45,686 bases of DNA, taken from assembly GCA_964549075.1 (NCBI GenBank), contig CAZJUB010000012.1, positions 1 to 45,686 on the forward strand, given 5' to 3'. A program made the position numbers and the translations under genes. Shown here piece after piece: positions 8,878 through 18,801 of this stretch (its first letter is position 1; the number at the start of each line of letters is the position of its first letter). Under the pieces are notes generated by a model. It had not been told where the DNA came from. It searched no databases and saw nothing but the letters and a program-made list of their open reading frames with translations. The DNA is from an uncultured archaeon. Its GTDB lineage: Archaea > Asgardarchaeota > Heimdallarchaeia > Heimdallarchaeales > Heimdallarchaeaceae.

Positions 8878-8887
8878 TTATATATAA
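8878..8887 (-). promoter_or_regulatory. Candidate TATA box for thermosome gene
   Basis: TATATATAAA on the minus strand ~75-85 nt upstream of the ATG. A GGTG SD-like motif lies just before the start. Confidence 0.35.
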
Positions 8888-9017
8888 TTCTTACGATTTA
8901 TTGAAAATAAAAAATTAACGAATTTCTACTAAGAATTATCTCTCTCTGAGTTAGTTCAATGATTCCTCTGTCTAAAGGATTTTCTAGTCATCAAATAGAG
9001 ATCTAGCGTTAATTATC

Positions 9018-9680
9018 TTATCTGCGTCTTTCTTTTTGTTTCTTTTGTTGGAAAATTATGTCTCCCAAGACTATTGAACTCAAAACAAACGAAATTGTTA
9101 TTACATTGCTTAACTCGGGAATTGTGAATACGACAAAATCTGGATAGATGATTTTAATGTCTCCAGAACTTACTTCTATTCTTGTAAGAAGAATTTCTGC
9201 TGGATCTACCCACCCAAGACTAGATGCTGTGTTTACCGGTCTAAAAAGTGTATAGTTCCCATCTGGAAGTTGAGTCAAATCAGATTGATTAATATAAAAC
9301 TCTATTTTCTCATATTCGTGAGTAATTCCTGGATGATAAGAATAGTGCATTATAGTTGACTGACACATTATATCTTCTTCAAGCTCAAAAGCTTGATTTA
9401 CGAAAGTTGCATTGATAATTACTTTTGGCCAACAATCTGCCAAATCAATTACTGTATAATTCTCTGAATCTCTATTCAGAATTTCTGATGCAACATTCAT
9501 ACTAAACATAGTTTTATTTGGTAAAGTATTTTCTGAATAGATTATTCTAGAAATCTCACTGATTCCTGATACTCTAGAAGCAATCACTGGAACCTCACTT
9601 TTGACTAAGTAACAATTTTGAAATAATAATATTTGAATTACAATTACAAGGACAACAGTTTTCTGTATATATTTTTCCAT
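9018..9680 (-). CDS. Secreted, C-terminally anchored hypothetical protein
   Basis: N-terminal hydrophobic signal. C-terminal TIPEL, hydrophobic helix and KKQKERRR tail. Confidence 0.7.
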   Translation of the reverse strand: MEKYIQKTVVLVIVIQILLFQNCYLVKSEVPVIASRVSGISEISRIIYSENTLPNKTMFSMNVASEILNRDSENYTVIDLADCWPKVIINATFVNQAFELEEDIMCQSTIMHYSYHPGITHEYEKIEFYINQSDLTQLPDGNYTLFRPVNTASSLGWVDPAEILLTRIEVSSGDIKIIYPDFVVFTIPELSNVITISFVLSSIVLGDIIFQQKKQKERRR

Positions 9681-9855
9681 TTATTTTCTACTCACCAACT
9701 GAGTTAATAATTTCTAAAATAAATAATACACCTCTTTCTACATATTTCTTTTGGTTAATGTTGAGTAATATCATTGTTCATCTATTTTATTTCAACTCGA
9801 CTTTAAGAAAATCTTTTTATCATTCAACATTAAATATTCTTTACTGGGGTTATTC

Positions 9856-11430
9856 ATGTCTGAAGAAGAAACTTTCCAAGATACAGAAAGAATGCGATTA
9901 TTATTCTTCACTAGTCCTGACTGTTTTGCGTGTCCAGAAGTTGAGAGAGTAATTGAGAACATCGCTGGTACTTCTATGAAAGGCATACTTCATATTAGCA
10001 CTATTGATATCTCGGAAAATCAGGAGATTGCAGCACAATATGGGATTTTGAGTGTACCTGTAATAATGATGAATGATGAAAGGATAGCTGAAGGACTTAT
10101 CACTGAAGATGTTATACGTGAAAAACTTTGGTCACAAATTCTTCCTAATATTATTGAACGTGAGAGAGATACTCGACGAACTGAGAGTATGATGATTCTT
10201 ACTAAAAATACCATTAGTAGTATCATTTCTCAAGAATTAGTTCGTAAAAATCTTGGTGATTATGTTCATATTAGTGTTTATCAGCAAGTAATGATGTCAC
10301 TCTTACAACTAGATCCTTTGATACCTCAGCTTCTCTATCAAAATGGAAGAGAATTAGGTATTTTTGGTGCTGCGCCTTACTATCTTACTGTTCTTAACCC
10401 CAAAGTAGGTGCAGTTAAACCAGAAGAAAGATTCCAAGAAACATTAGTTGCACTAGCTCTGCTCTACAGTCATAATAACACTGTTCCACTCTATTATGCT
10501 ACACAATGTGATGTTGCACAAATGGATGGATATACTGCCACACTCCGAATATATGAATTAGCAAATAGTGCAGGAGCTATCAATATAGGAGAAACTCTTT
10601 GTCATTTTACAGCTGGTGAGATTGCTGGAACAATTGAAGCAATGATTGGTTCTGCAACAAGTGTTAAAGAAACTAAATGTAAAGGATTAGGTGATCCTTA
10701 TTGTGAATTTGAAATTGAAGTTTTTATAGGAAAAGAACCAGGGAAAGCTCCATATAGGGTTTATGAAACAAAGTTAGAAGATAGGCAAGTACAATTTCTG
10801 GGTGATTTTCCTCCTGAAGATCATCGTAGACAATTATTTTATGAGTTCATCCATGAAACTACTTTGCATGGTTATAATTCTCTGAAAATGACAGAAGCTT
10901 TACGACCAAATGATGTAGACTATGTACATATTAGTGCTCTACAACAGCAGATTATCTCTTTAAAATTCAAAGACAAATTCTGTGGAGCGTTATTATACTC
11001 TGCAGGAAGAGAGCTAGGAGTTATTGGTCCAGGTAAAGAGTTAATTTATGCTCTTTTAGCTAAAGAACAAGCAGAATTACCTATAACATCTTTAAAACAA
11101 GCTACTCGTATAATGAAGGAATATTATACACATCCAACAACATATCTGTCAAGAGGACATTCCTTTGTAGAGATTTTCGATGGGGAAGATGAGGATGAAA
11201 TGTTCCTTAGAATTTACGAATGTGCTTATGCTTCTGGAGCTAACTTTTCAGCTGAAACAGGTATGAATGAGACTCTATGTGATTTCCAAGCAGGATTTAT
11301 AGCAGGTCGATTAGCACTCATTCTAAAGGACCCACCAATTGTAACAGAAGTAAAATGTCATGGAACAGGACATAATTTTTGTGAATTTAGAATAGAAAAA
11401 GGATATTCATTTGAAGAGGAAGGCCATTGA
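9856..11430 (+). CDS. Thioredoxin-domain protein fused to two tandem V4R domains
   Basis: FFTSPDCFACP...YGILSVP thioredoxin fold. Two repeats of DYVHIS..QQ...LLY..GRELG...LC.F.AG.IAG...E.KC.G.G...CEF. Confidence 0.85.
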   Translation: MSEEETFQDTERMRLLFFTSPDCFACPEVERVIENIAGTSMKGILHISTIDISENQEIAAQYGILSVPVIMMNDERIAEGLITEDVIREKLWSQILPNIIERERDTRRTESMMILTKNTISSIISQELVRKNLGDYVHISVYQQVMMSLLQLDPLIPQLLYQNGRELGIFGAAPYYLTVLNPKVGAVKPEERFQETLVALALLYSHNNTVPLYYATQCDVAQMDGYTATLRIYELANSAGAINIGETLCHFTAGEIAGTIEAMIGSATSVKETKCKGLGDPYCEFEIEVFIGKEPGKAPYRVYETKLEDRQVQFLGDFPPEDHRRQLFYEFIHETTLHGYNSLKMTEALRPNDVDYVHISALQQQIISLKFKDKFCGALLYSAGRELGVIGPGKELIYALLAKEQAELPITSLKQATRIMKEYYTHPTTYLSRGHSFVEIFDGEDEDEMFLRIYECAYASGANFSAETGMNETLCDFQAGFIAGRLALILKDPPIVTEVKCHGTGHNFCEFRIEKGYSFEEEGH

Positions 11431-11516
11431 AAAACCACTTCTGTTCGAAAGGATAATCTTTTTAACTTCACCTTTCTGTTGATTTCAAGAACAGCTTTAT
11501 TCAAAGGAAGATTATA

Positions 11517-12002
11517 ATGAGTTCAAAAATAAGATTATTGGATAAACAATCGATGTGGCCTAGTGTTGTGGCGCTTTTTGCTATCTCATTCTTAGCTCAA
11601 ATTCCACATTTCTATTACTTACACGATATAGTTGAATTTAACACCTGGGAGTATCTTCCATTATTAATTGCCTTCCCAATTTTTGGAGCTTTTGTTTTAA
11701 CAGCTGTTTCTCTTCTGATATCTGAAACTCTTATGAATAGAGTCAGAGATGAAAGAGAGAGAAAACTATTTAGATATCTCTTAAGGGGGGCTTTAATTAC
11801 TGTTTTGCTCTATTTCCTTATTCAAATATTATTGGTCTTCTTTGGTTTCCAAGTTATCAAAGTTTTTGCAGATCTAATGCCAGCTGAAACTATAGATAAT
11901 GTTGCTTTCAAAGAGATTTTTGGAATGTCTTTAATGTTAATTGTTGGTATATTTATTAACCCTCCAATTCCAATTAGGGGAAGGCGTTCAAAGAAGAAGT
12001 AA
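11517..12002 (+). CDS. Hypothetical membrane protein (about 4 TM)
   Basis: Four hydrophobic segments and a basic C-terminus. Confidence 0.7.
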   Translation: MSSKIRLLDKQSMWPSVVALFAISFLAQIPHFYYLHDIVEFNTWEYLPLLIAFPIFGAFVLTAVSLLISETLMNRVRDERERKLFRYLLRGALITVLLYFLIQILLVFFGFQVIKVFADLMPAETIDNVAFKEIFGMSLMLIVGIFINPPIPIRGRRSKKK

Positions 12003-12072
12003 ATTAAATAATTTGTTTCAGCAATTTTTTAACTTATTTTGGGTTTTTATAATTTATTATTAATTTTCAATT

Positions 12073-12152
12073 GAAGCTAGCATGCCTCTCTGCTGTGGTT
12101 AAACATTTGTCTCTACCCCAAAATTTCGTTCACCATCTGGGAGGCTAGCTTC
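12073..12152. other. Long imperfect intergenic hairpin (structured ncRNA, MITE or bidirectional terminator)
   Basis: GAAGCTAG(12073-12080)/CTAGCTTC(12145-12152), with nested CCTC/GAGG and TGGT/ACCA pairings. It is a GC-richer island between convergent genes. Confidence 0.5.
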
Positions 12153-12224
12153 TCTTTCCATTTTAAAAAATAATTGTAAGCTAAAAATTATTAAAACAAA
12201 AATAAAAAGAAAATAAAAAGAAAA

Positions 12225-13757
12225 CTAAGGTAGTTCTTCTCCGTTTTCTTCCTTTTCCTTAAGTATCTTGTAAGATAAAACTAGATTTCTAACTGACCAT
12301 CCAGAATCTATCCTTCCAACTGCTGTCCATTGAGGTGCATGGTGTGCATATTCAGGATCAGCTTTTGCCTTTTCCATCTCTTCTGCTACTGCTTGAACAT
12401 ATTGATCCAATCTATCTTTGTTTTCATTTTCTGTAGGCTCAACCATCCAAGCTTCATGAGCAATGAGTGGGAAATAAACTGTCGGTGAATGTTTTCCACG
12501 ACTTATGATCATTTTGGCTATATCCATCCCAGAAACATCATAATTTCTTAAGAATGGAGTTGCTTCTAGAACTCCTTCGTGCTTTCTCGGGATGTCTTCA
12601 CCACCTGCAATTCTAAAACCATCTAGTTTTTCTAGCTTTCTTACAGCATAGTTAGCAGTTAGTACAGCTTGTTCAGCTGTTTGTACTAAACCTTTGTATC
12701 CTAAAGCTGCAATATAGGCATAAGCTCTTAGAGCAATTGCTGAGTTTCCATAATATCCATGGATTTTTCCAATAGATTTTGGTCTATTATAGTTGAAATA
12801 GTAGTAGTCTTTGTTTTTATCATAATCTATTGTTGGTACTGGTAGATAAGGTTCTAGTAAATCATTACAACAAACAGCACCTGCTCCTGGGCCTCCACCT
12901 CCGTGTGGTGTTGAGAAAGTTTTGTGTAAGTTAAAGTGTAAAACATCATAACCCATATCACCCGGACGTACCTTTCCTACAATTGCGTTAAAGTTTGCAC
13001 CATCATAGTAAAGCAGACCACCTGCATCTCGGACAACACCTGACATCTCAACAATATCCTTTTCGAATATACCAAGTGTATTTGGATTAGTGAGCATTAA
13101 ACCAGCTGTTTTATCTGAGGTAGCAGCTTTAAGTGCGTCCATATCTACTCTTCCGTCTTCTTGAGATTTGATTTCGATGAGTTTCATACCGTTCATTACA
13201 GTACTTGCTGGATTAGTTCCATGGCTTGAATCTGGGGCAATGATTTCATCTCTTTGAGTATCTCCTTGATCCATGTGATATGCTTTGATTAAAGATAAAC
13301 CAGTGTATTCTCCACTAGCACCAGCTGGAGTTTGGAGAGTTGTATGCTTAAGTCCTGCTAAATCAGCTAAAGCAACTTGCAGTTCATACAAAATTTCTAG
13401 TATTCCTTGAGTTGTTTCTTCAGGCTGATTTGGATGCATATACATCATTTTTTCTGAACGAGCAATTGTTTCATTGATTTTAGGATTGTATTTCATTGTA
13501 CAAGAGCCTAATGGATAAGTGTTGATATCAATACAGTAGTTCATATGTGATAAGCGTACATAATGTCTCATAACTTCTCCTTCATGAAGTTCTGGTAGTT
13601 CTGGAGGAGTTGTTCTTACCATTTTTTCTGGTATATTTATTCTATCTCTATCAAAATCACATCTTGGTGGGATATGAGCTCTTCTTCCTTTCTTACCTAA
13701 CTCAAAGATAAGTGGTTCATCATATTTAGCTTGCCTGTACATTTTTATTTCCTCCAT
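12225..13757 (-). CDS. gcvPB: Glycine dehydrogenase (decarboxylating) subunit 2
   Basis: YPLGSCTMKYNP, SSHGTNPAS, LTNPNTLG, YYDGAN, HFNLHKTFSTPHGGGGPG (PLP lysine), EPTE. Confidence 0.96.
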   Translation of the reverse strand: MEEIKMYRQAKYDEPLIFELGKKGRRAHIPPRCDFDRDRINIPEKMVRTTPPELPELHEGEVMRHYVRLSHMNYCIDINTYPLGSCTMKYNPKINETIARSEKMMYMHPNQPEETTQGILEILYELQVALADLAGLKHTTLQTPAGASGEYTGLSLIKAYHMDQGDTQRDEIIAPDSSHGTNPASTVMNGMKLIEIKSQEDGRVDMDALKAATSDKTAGLMLTNPNTLGIFEKDIVEMSGVVRDAGGLLYYDGANFNAIVGKVRPGDMGYDVLHFNLHKTFSTPHGGGGPGAGAVCCNDLLEPYLPVPTIDYDKNKDYYYFNYNRPKSIGKIHGYYGNSAIALRAYAYIAALGYKGLVQTAEQAVLTANYAVRKLEKLDGFRIAGGEDIPRKHEGVLEATPFLRNYDVSGMDIAKMIISRGKHSPTVYFPLIAHEAWMVEPTENENKDRLDQYVQAVAEEMEKAKADPEYAHHAPQWTAVGRIDSGWSVRNLVLSYKILKEKEENGEELP

Positions 13758-15130
13758 TCAGAAACTGCTTTTACGTAATCATTCAGATCTTCCTTACAAA
13801 GGAGATATGAAGTTGTAACAATATAGTCATAATTCTCTCCATCAAATGAGACTGGAATACCTGCGAAAATCTTTCTTTCAAGCATGAAATCTGTAAATTC
13901 TTTTTTCTTATTTTCAGGTATTTTCAAATCTAGTACAAAAGTATTGAAAAACTCGCTTTCAAAAATTCTTTTTATTCCTTTCTTCGCTAATTCTTCTGCT
14001 ACAAAATGAGCACTTAAATACATTGTTTCTGCGCTATCTTTATAACCTTCTGGTCCAAGAAGCGCTAAATGAACTGCACAACTCAAAGCAACTAAAGCTT
14101 CATTTGTACAGATGTTACTAGTAGCTTTCTCTCTTTTGATGTGTTGTTCTCTTGTTTCAAGAGTATTTGCATAAGCTCTTTCACCTTCATTAGATGTTTT
14201 TGTTATCCCAACAATACGACCAGGCATTTGTCTAGTTTCTCTTTTATCAAACTTCATTGATAAGACTCCTAAGAGTGGACCTCCGTAATTTAATGGACCA
14301 CCTCCAATTGTTTGAGCTTCACCTATGCAAATATCTGCACCATATTCGGCTGGTGGTTTTAATAATGCTAGTGAGTTCATGTCTGCGCCAACTACTACTT
14401 TGGCACCAACTTCATGAGCTTTAGCAACTATTTCATCTAATTCATCTTCAATAATTCCAAAGAAATTTGGATTTTCAATATAAATACCAGCAACGGTTTC
14501 ATCCAACATTTCTTTTGCTTTGTTAATATTCATCTTACCTGTTTTTGGATCATAAGGTATCTCTGATAGTTCTAAATTGGCACCAACTACATAGTTCTTC
14601 AATACAGCCTCTCTATTTGGAGCTGTTGCAGCTGTATAGATGAATTTTTGTCGTTTTGTGATTCTTGCAGACATTAGTGCAGCTTCACCTACGGCTGTGG
14701 CCCAATCATATAACGAGCAATTAGCAACATTCATACCTGTTAATTCGCATATCATACTTTGATATTCAAACAAACTCTGAAGAATTCCTTGAGATATTTC
14801 AGGTTGGTAAGGTGTATATGCACTATAGAATTCGGTTCTTCTAAGTAGTTCATCTTGGATAGCTGGCATATAAATGTCCAACACTCCTCCACCTATGAAA
14901 GATCTTACTTCTCTAGTAGTGATGTTTTTACTTAATTTAGCTTTAATAGCTTCAAGTAATTGATATTCACTTTCATAATAAGGAAGATCTAACTCACCTT
15001 TAAAGCGTATTTCGTCAGGTATATCGGAATATAATTCCTCAACATCTTTGATACCAAGGTATTCCATCATCTCATTAATGTCTTTTTGACTATTTGCTAG
15101 GTAAGGATGACCTTTAAAATCTTCTTTCAT
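13745..15130 (-). CDS. gcvPA: Glycine dehydrogenase (decarboxylating) subunit 1
   Basis: YTPYQPEISQG, FEYQ, NPNFFG, YGGP, MPGRIVG, TREQHIKREKATSNICTN. Confidence 0.96.
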   Translation of the reverse strand: MKEDFKGHPYLANSQKDINEMMEYLGIKDVEELYSDIPDEIRFKGELDLPYYESEYQLLEAIKAKLSKNITTREVRSFIGGGVLDIYMPAIQDELLRRTEFYSAYTPYQPEISQGILQSLFEYQSMICELTGMNVANCSLYDWATAVGEAALMSARITKRQKFIYTAATAPNREAVLKNYVVGANLELSEIPYDPKTGKMNINKAKEMLDETVAGIYIENPNFFGIIEDELDEIVAKAHEVGAKVVVGADMNSLALLKPPAEYGADICIGEAQTIGGGPLNYGGPLLGVLSMKFDKRETRQMPGRIVGITKTSNEGERAYANTLETREQHIKREKATSNICTNEALVALSCAVHLALLGPEGYKDSAETMYLSAHFVAEELAKKGIKRIFESEFFNTFVLDLKIPENKKKEFTDFMLERKIFAGIPVSFDGENYDYIVTTSYLLCKEDLNDYVKAVSEWRK

Positions 15131-15189
15131 TTTTTTTACCTTTTTGTTATTTATAAAAATAGAGGAGAAGAAATCGCCTCTGAAAAAAT

Positions 15190-15621
15190 TTAATGGGATC
15201 CTTCTTCTATTTCTTTTTCGACTTGTGCAGCGTATTGTTCAGCAGTGATTAAAACTTCTGTTCCAGCAGTTGGTTTAACTTTAAGTATCCAACCTTCACC
15301 ATAACAATCGTCTGTAATAGCTGATGCATCATCTTCTAATTCAGAATGAACTTCAACAACTTCACAATCGAAAGGAGCATAGAAATCTGAGACTGTTTTC
15401 AAAGCTTCAATTATACCCATTGAGTCTTGAGTAGAGAAAGTGTCTCCTACTGCAGGAAGTTCTACGTATGCTAATTCACCAAGCTCTACAGCTGCATAGT
15501 TTGTAACGCCATATAACCAGACGCCATTTTCTTCTTCAAGTACCCATTCATGTGTAACAGTGTACTTGTAGGGTTCTTTCAAGAATTTGTACTTGTCTTT
15601 TAATACAATTTCGTCAACCAT
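15190..15621 (-). CDS. gcvH: Glycine cleavage system H protein
   Basis: HEW, GVTNYA..LG..YVELP, lipoyl-lysine motif IEALKTVSD, YGEGWI. Confidence 0.95.
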   Translation of the reverse strand: MVDEIVLKDKYKFLKEPYKYTVTHEWVLEEENGVWLYGVTNYAAVELGELAYVELPAVGDTFSTQDSMGIIEALKTVSDFYAPFDCEVVEVHSELEDDASAITDDCYGEGWILKVKPTAGTEVLITAEQYAAQVEKEIEEGSH

Positions 15622-15669
15622 TTTGAATCCTCTTTTTGTGTAGAATTGAATTAACGGAAAGAACTTCAG

Positions 15670-15677
15670 TTTATAAA
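15670..15677 (-). promoter_or_regulatory. Candidate TATA box for gcvH-gcvPA-gcvPB
   Basis: TTTATAAA ~50 nt upstream of the gcvH ATG, plus a GAGGA SD-like motif before the start. Confidence 0.35.
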
Positions 15678-15723
15678 GCTTATCAATCCGATATGTTTCT
15701 ACAATGCTTTGAATGGTGCTTCT

Positions 15724-16164
15724 CTACAAATCTACGATTACATGAGCATACCACTCATTCTCTCGTTTTTCAAGGACAAATTTATGCATTGTAACAGCTT
15801 TTACGTCAGTAAGCATTTCATATTTATCATAATCGATTGTTACACCTTTAGCTTTACAACTAAGTTTGTAACACTTATCAATCTCATCCATTTTGATATC
15901 AAAATCATTGAATATAGCTTCCTCAACATCTTTAAAATAGATTAGCTCATCAAGAAAGTCATAAAGTAAAAGTTCAAGATTATCTGATCTTAATTCAAAG
16001 TCCCATGATTTCTCTGCAGATATTATATCCGTGTTTATCATCGCTTGCATCATAGCTATTCCTGCTCCTCTGAATAAATCAGAAAGAGAATCAGCAAATA
16101 CTTCAAATGCAAAATCAGATTTTACTTCTTCTGTAAGAATATTGTACTTGAACATTGAACTCAA
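15724..16164 (-). CDS. Archease
   Basis: SDFAFEV, LLYDFLDELIY, DVKAVTMH, C-terminal VDL. Adjacent to rtcB. The start may be the ATG at 16155. Confidence 0.92.
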   Translation of the reverse strand: MSSMFKYNILTEEVKSDFAFEVFADSLSDLFRGAGIAMMQAMINTDIISAEKSWDFELRSDNLELLLYDFLDELIYFKDVEEAIFNDFDIKMDEIDKCYKLSCKAKGVTIDYDKYEMLTDVKAVTMHKFVLEKRENEWYAHVIVDL

Positions 16165-16264
16165 TTTAGAATGTGTTTCTGCGATTAAAAATACTCCTTT
16201 TTAGGTTTTTTTATGTTTAATCACGAGATTTATTAAAACATAGATATTCTTTGAATTGAGTAAA

Positions 16265-17740
16265 ATGTCAACACAAAATATTCCTATGAATCAGATAAAT
16301 GAAACAACATGGGAAGTTCCTATATCATATAAAAAAGGAATGAAGGTTCCTGCAAGATTGATTGTTACACCTGCTTTGAAAAAAGGACTTGAAGAAAAAG
16401 TGGTTGATCAAATCACCAATGTAGCAACTCTTCCTGGTATACAAAAGTATGCAATTGCTCTTCCTGATGCACATGTTGGTTATGGTTTCCCAATTGGTGG
16501 TGTTGCTGCTATGGATATGGAAGAAGGTGTTATTAGTCCTGGAGGAGTAGGATTTGACATAAATTGTGGTGTCAGAATGCTTACTACCACATTAGAAGAA
16601 AAAGACGTTCTTCCTAAGATACAGGAGCTTGTTGAGAAATTATTTAGATATATTCCAGCTGGGGTTGGTGTTCAGCTTAAACATGATCCTAAATTAGCGA
16701 ATCTCTCTCGTTCTAAATTTGATTCAGTACTAGAAAATGGTGCTCAATGGTGCTTAGAAAACGGATACGCTCGTGAAGAAGATGTTCGTAGAATAGAAAG
16801 TCAAGGTAAAATGCCAGAAGCTAATTCATCTAAAGTTAGTGATAAAGCAAAAAATCGAGGTTTAAAACAACTTGGTACACTCGGTTCAGGAAATCATTAT
16901 CTTGAGATTCAGGTAATAAAACCTGGCGATTTATACGACTCTGAGATAGGAGCAAAATTTGGTTTGAACAAACCATATCAAATAACTACTATGATTCACT
17001 GTGGTTCAAGAGGTTTAGGACACCAAGTAGCATCTGATTATTTACGAACTTGTTTAACTGCCATGAACAAATACAATATTCCTGTGCTTGATCAGGAGTT
17101 AGCTAGTGTCCCCATCAATTCCAAAGAAGGTGAAGATTATTTTGCAGCCATGAGTTGTGCTTCAAATATGGCATATGCAAATAGACAAATCATCACCCAC
17201 AATGTTAGACAAGTCTTCACAGACGTATTCAAACAAGAAGAAGATGTGTTGGGTTTAAACCTTATCTATGATGTTGCACATAACATCGCAAAAATAGAAG
17301 ATCATTTAGTTGATGGACAAAAGAGGAAATTGATGGTACACAGAAAAGGTGCAACCAGAGGATTCCCACCAAATCATCCAGAAATACCTTTGGAGTATAG
17401 AGATCTAGGACAACCTGTCATAATAGGTGGTTCTATGGAGACTGGTTCTTATCTACTTACTGGTACTCAAAAAGCCATGGAAGTTAGTTTCGGTTCAACT
17501 GCTCATGGTGCCGGAAGAACAATGAGTAGAAGTAAAGCAAAAAGACAGGTTAGAGGAGACTTACTTCAACAAAAAATGAGACAGAAGGGTATTTATGTAA
17601 AAGGTGCGTCAATGCCTGGTCTAGCTGAAGAAGCAGGTTTTGCTTACAAAGATATCGACGAAGTTGTAAATGCCTTGAAAATTTCTGGAATAAGTCATCC
17701 AATCGTTAGAGTAAGACCAATAGGAAATGTTAAAGGATAA
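16265..17740 (+). CDS. rtcB: RNA 2',3'-cyclic phosphate/5'-OH ligase RtcB (tRNA-splicing ligase)
   Basis: LPDAHVGYGFPIG, GFDINCGVR, GTLGSGNHYLE, HCGSRG, DVAHN, HRKGAT, HGAGR, GNVKG. No intein. ATG at 16265, with an alternative TTG at 16256. Confidence 0.97.
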   Translation: MSTQNIPMNQINETTWEVPISYKKGMKVPARLIVTPALKKGLEEKVVDQITNVATLPGIQKYAIALPDAHVGYGFPIGGVAAMDMEEGVISPGGVGFDINCGVRMLTTTLEEKDVLPKIQELVEKLFRYIPAGVGVQLKHDPKLANLSRSKFDSVLENGAQWCLENGYAREEDVRRIESQGKMPEANSSKVSDKAKNRGLKQLGTLGSGNHYLEIQVIKPGDLYDSEIGAKFGLNKPYQITTMIHCGSRGLGHQVASDYLRTCLTAMNKYNIPVLDQELASVPINSKEGEDYFAAMSCASNMAYANRQIITHNVRQVFTDVFKQEEDVLGLNLIYDVAHNIAKIEDHLVDGQKRKLMVHRKGATRGFPPNHPEIPLEYRDLGQPVIIGGSMETGSYLLTGTQKAMEVSFGSTAHGAGRTMSRSKAKRQVRGDLLQQKMRQKGIYVKGASMPGLAEEAGFAYKDIDEVVNALKISGISHPIVRVRPIGNVKG

Positions 17741-17760
17741 TAATTTTTCTCTATTTTTCT

Positions 17761-18795
17761 CTATTTTTCTCTTAAGTCTAGTGTTTCAGCTTGTAAGTTC
17801 ATTTTTTTAGTCCATAGTAATATTTCAGCTATAGTTTGGTCTAGGTCCTTTAATTCAGCACCTGATGCTCCTTTATGACCACCACCATCCATCTGTTTAG
17901 CAAGTAAATCCACTCGATATTTTTCAACTTCATTAGGTTTGAGAGTTTTACTTAATCGAAGACTTATTTTAACATCTTCTGGATTTACAGTAATATAGGC
18001 AGCACCAATTGCACCTCTCTTCATAACTTCACCTGCAATAAATGCAGTGTTGTAATGTAATGGATGATCAATTATTATGATAAAATCTTTCATTTTGATT
18101 CCCTCTACAACCTCAAATGCTTTCTTTCTTGTTTGACGAAGAATTTTGACTCGATTAAGGATTTTATCCCCCCACACTCCCTTTAAACCTGAATCTGTAA
18201 GAATTCTGATAAGTTGATTGTGTTCTTCTATTGTATAAGCAGATTTACAGACGTCTTCTACAAGCCAAACTTTATCATTCCAATCCAAATCTTCAAAATT
18301 TCCTTTCAAATTCAACGGAGGAGGTGTTTTGTAGCTAGCTGTATCTGTGATTTCTGTGATATCTGCAAGTTCTTTAAGATAATTTGGTAATTTTTCTATA
18401 AAAAATTGTGCAATTAATGATGCAGCACTAGGAGCTTTTGGATTGAAGACATGTTTTTTAGCTTTGATACTAAATCCTATATTTGAGATGTGATGGTCAA
18501 AGAAAAACTCTATTTCCTTTACATTAAATGGACTAAGGTCCAAAATTGCAAACCAATTTGCTTTATCTAGATTCTCTTTAACCATCTTGTCTTTTAATAA
18601 AGGATAATCAATTGGAATGAAAATTAAATTGGAGGTTGAAAATAAATAGTTTATTAGTGTAGCTGAGATAATACCATCGGGACAGTTAAAATGGTATGCT
18701 ACTTTTTGAGTTGAGGAATCTTGTACTAACTTCAATATGCTAATGCGGTATTCTTCTTTACGTTTCATTAATTCTTCTAATTTGTTCATGTTCAT
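17761..18795 (-). CDS. DHH/DHHA1 family phosphoesterase
   Basis: YHFNCPDG, ILDL, FDHH, PSAASL, ISLR, GGGHKGASG. Confidence 0.88.
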   Translation of the reverse strand: MNMNKLEELMKRKEEYRISILKLVQDSSTQKVAYHFNCPDGIISATLINYLFSTSNLIFIPIDYPLLKDKMVKENLDKANWFAILDLSPFNVKEIEFFFDHHISNIGFSIKAKKHVFNPKAPSAASLIAQFFIEKLPNYLKELADITEITDTASYKTPPPLNLKGNFEDLDWNDKVWLVEDVCKSAYTIEEHNQLIRILTDSGLKGVWGDKILNRVKILRQTRKKAFEVVEGIKMKDFIIIIDHPLHYNTAFIAGEVMKRGAIGAAYITVNPEDVKISLRLSKTLKPNEVEKYRVDLLAKQMDGGGHKGASGAELKDLDQTIAEILLWTKKMNLQAETLDLREK

Positions 18796-18801
18796 AATCT
18801 C

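Noticed and set aside
12073-12152. Hairpin as SECIS, glycine riboswitch, tRNA or bulge-helix-bulge substrate
   Set aside because: Flanking genes have no in-frame TGA, it lies 3' rather than 5' of gcv, there is no cloverleaf, and I could not draw a clean 3-4-3 BHB geometry.
16265-17740. Intein in RtcB
   Set aside because: Normal length (~490 aa) with contiguous motifs.
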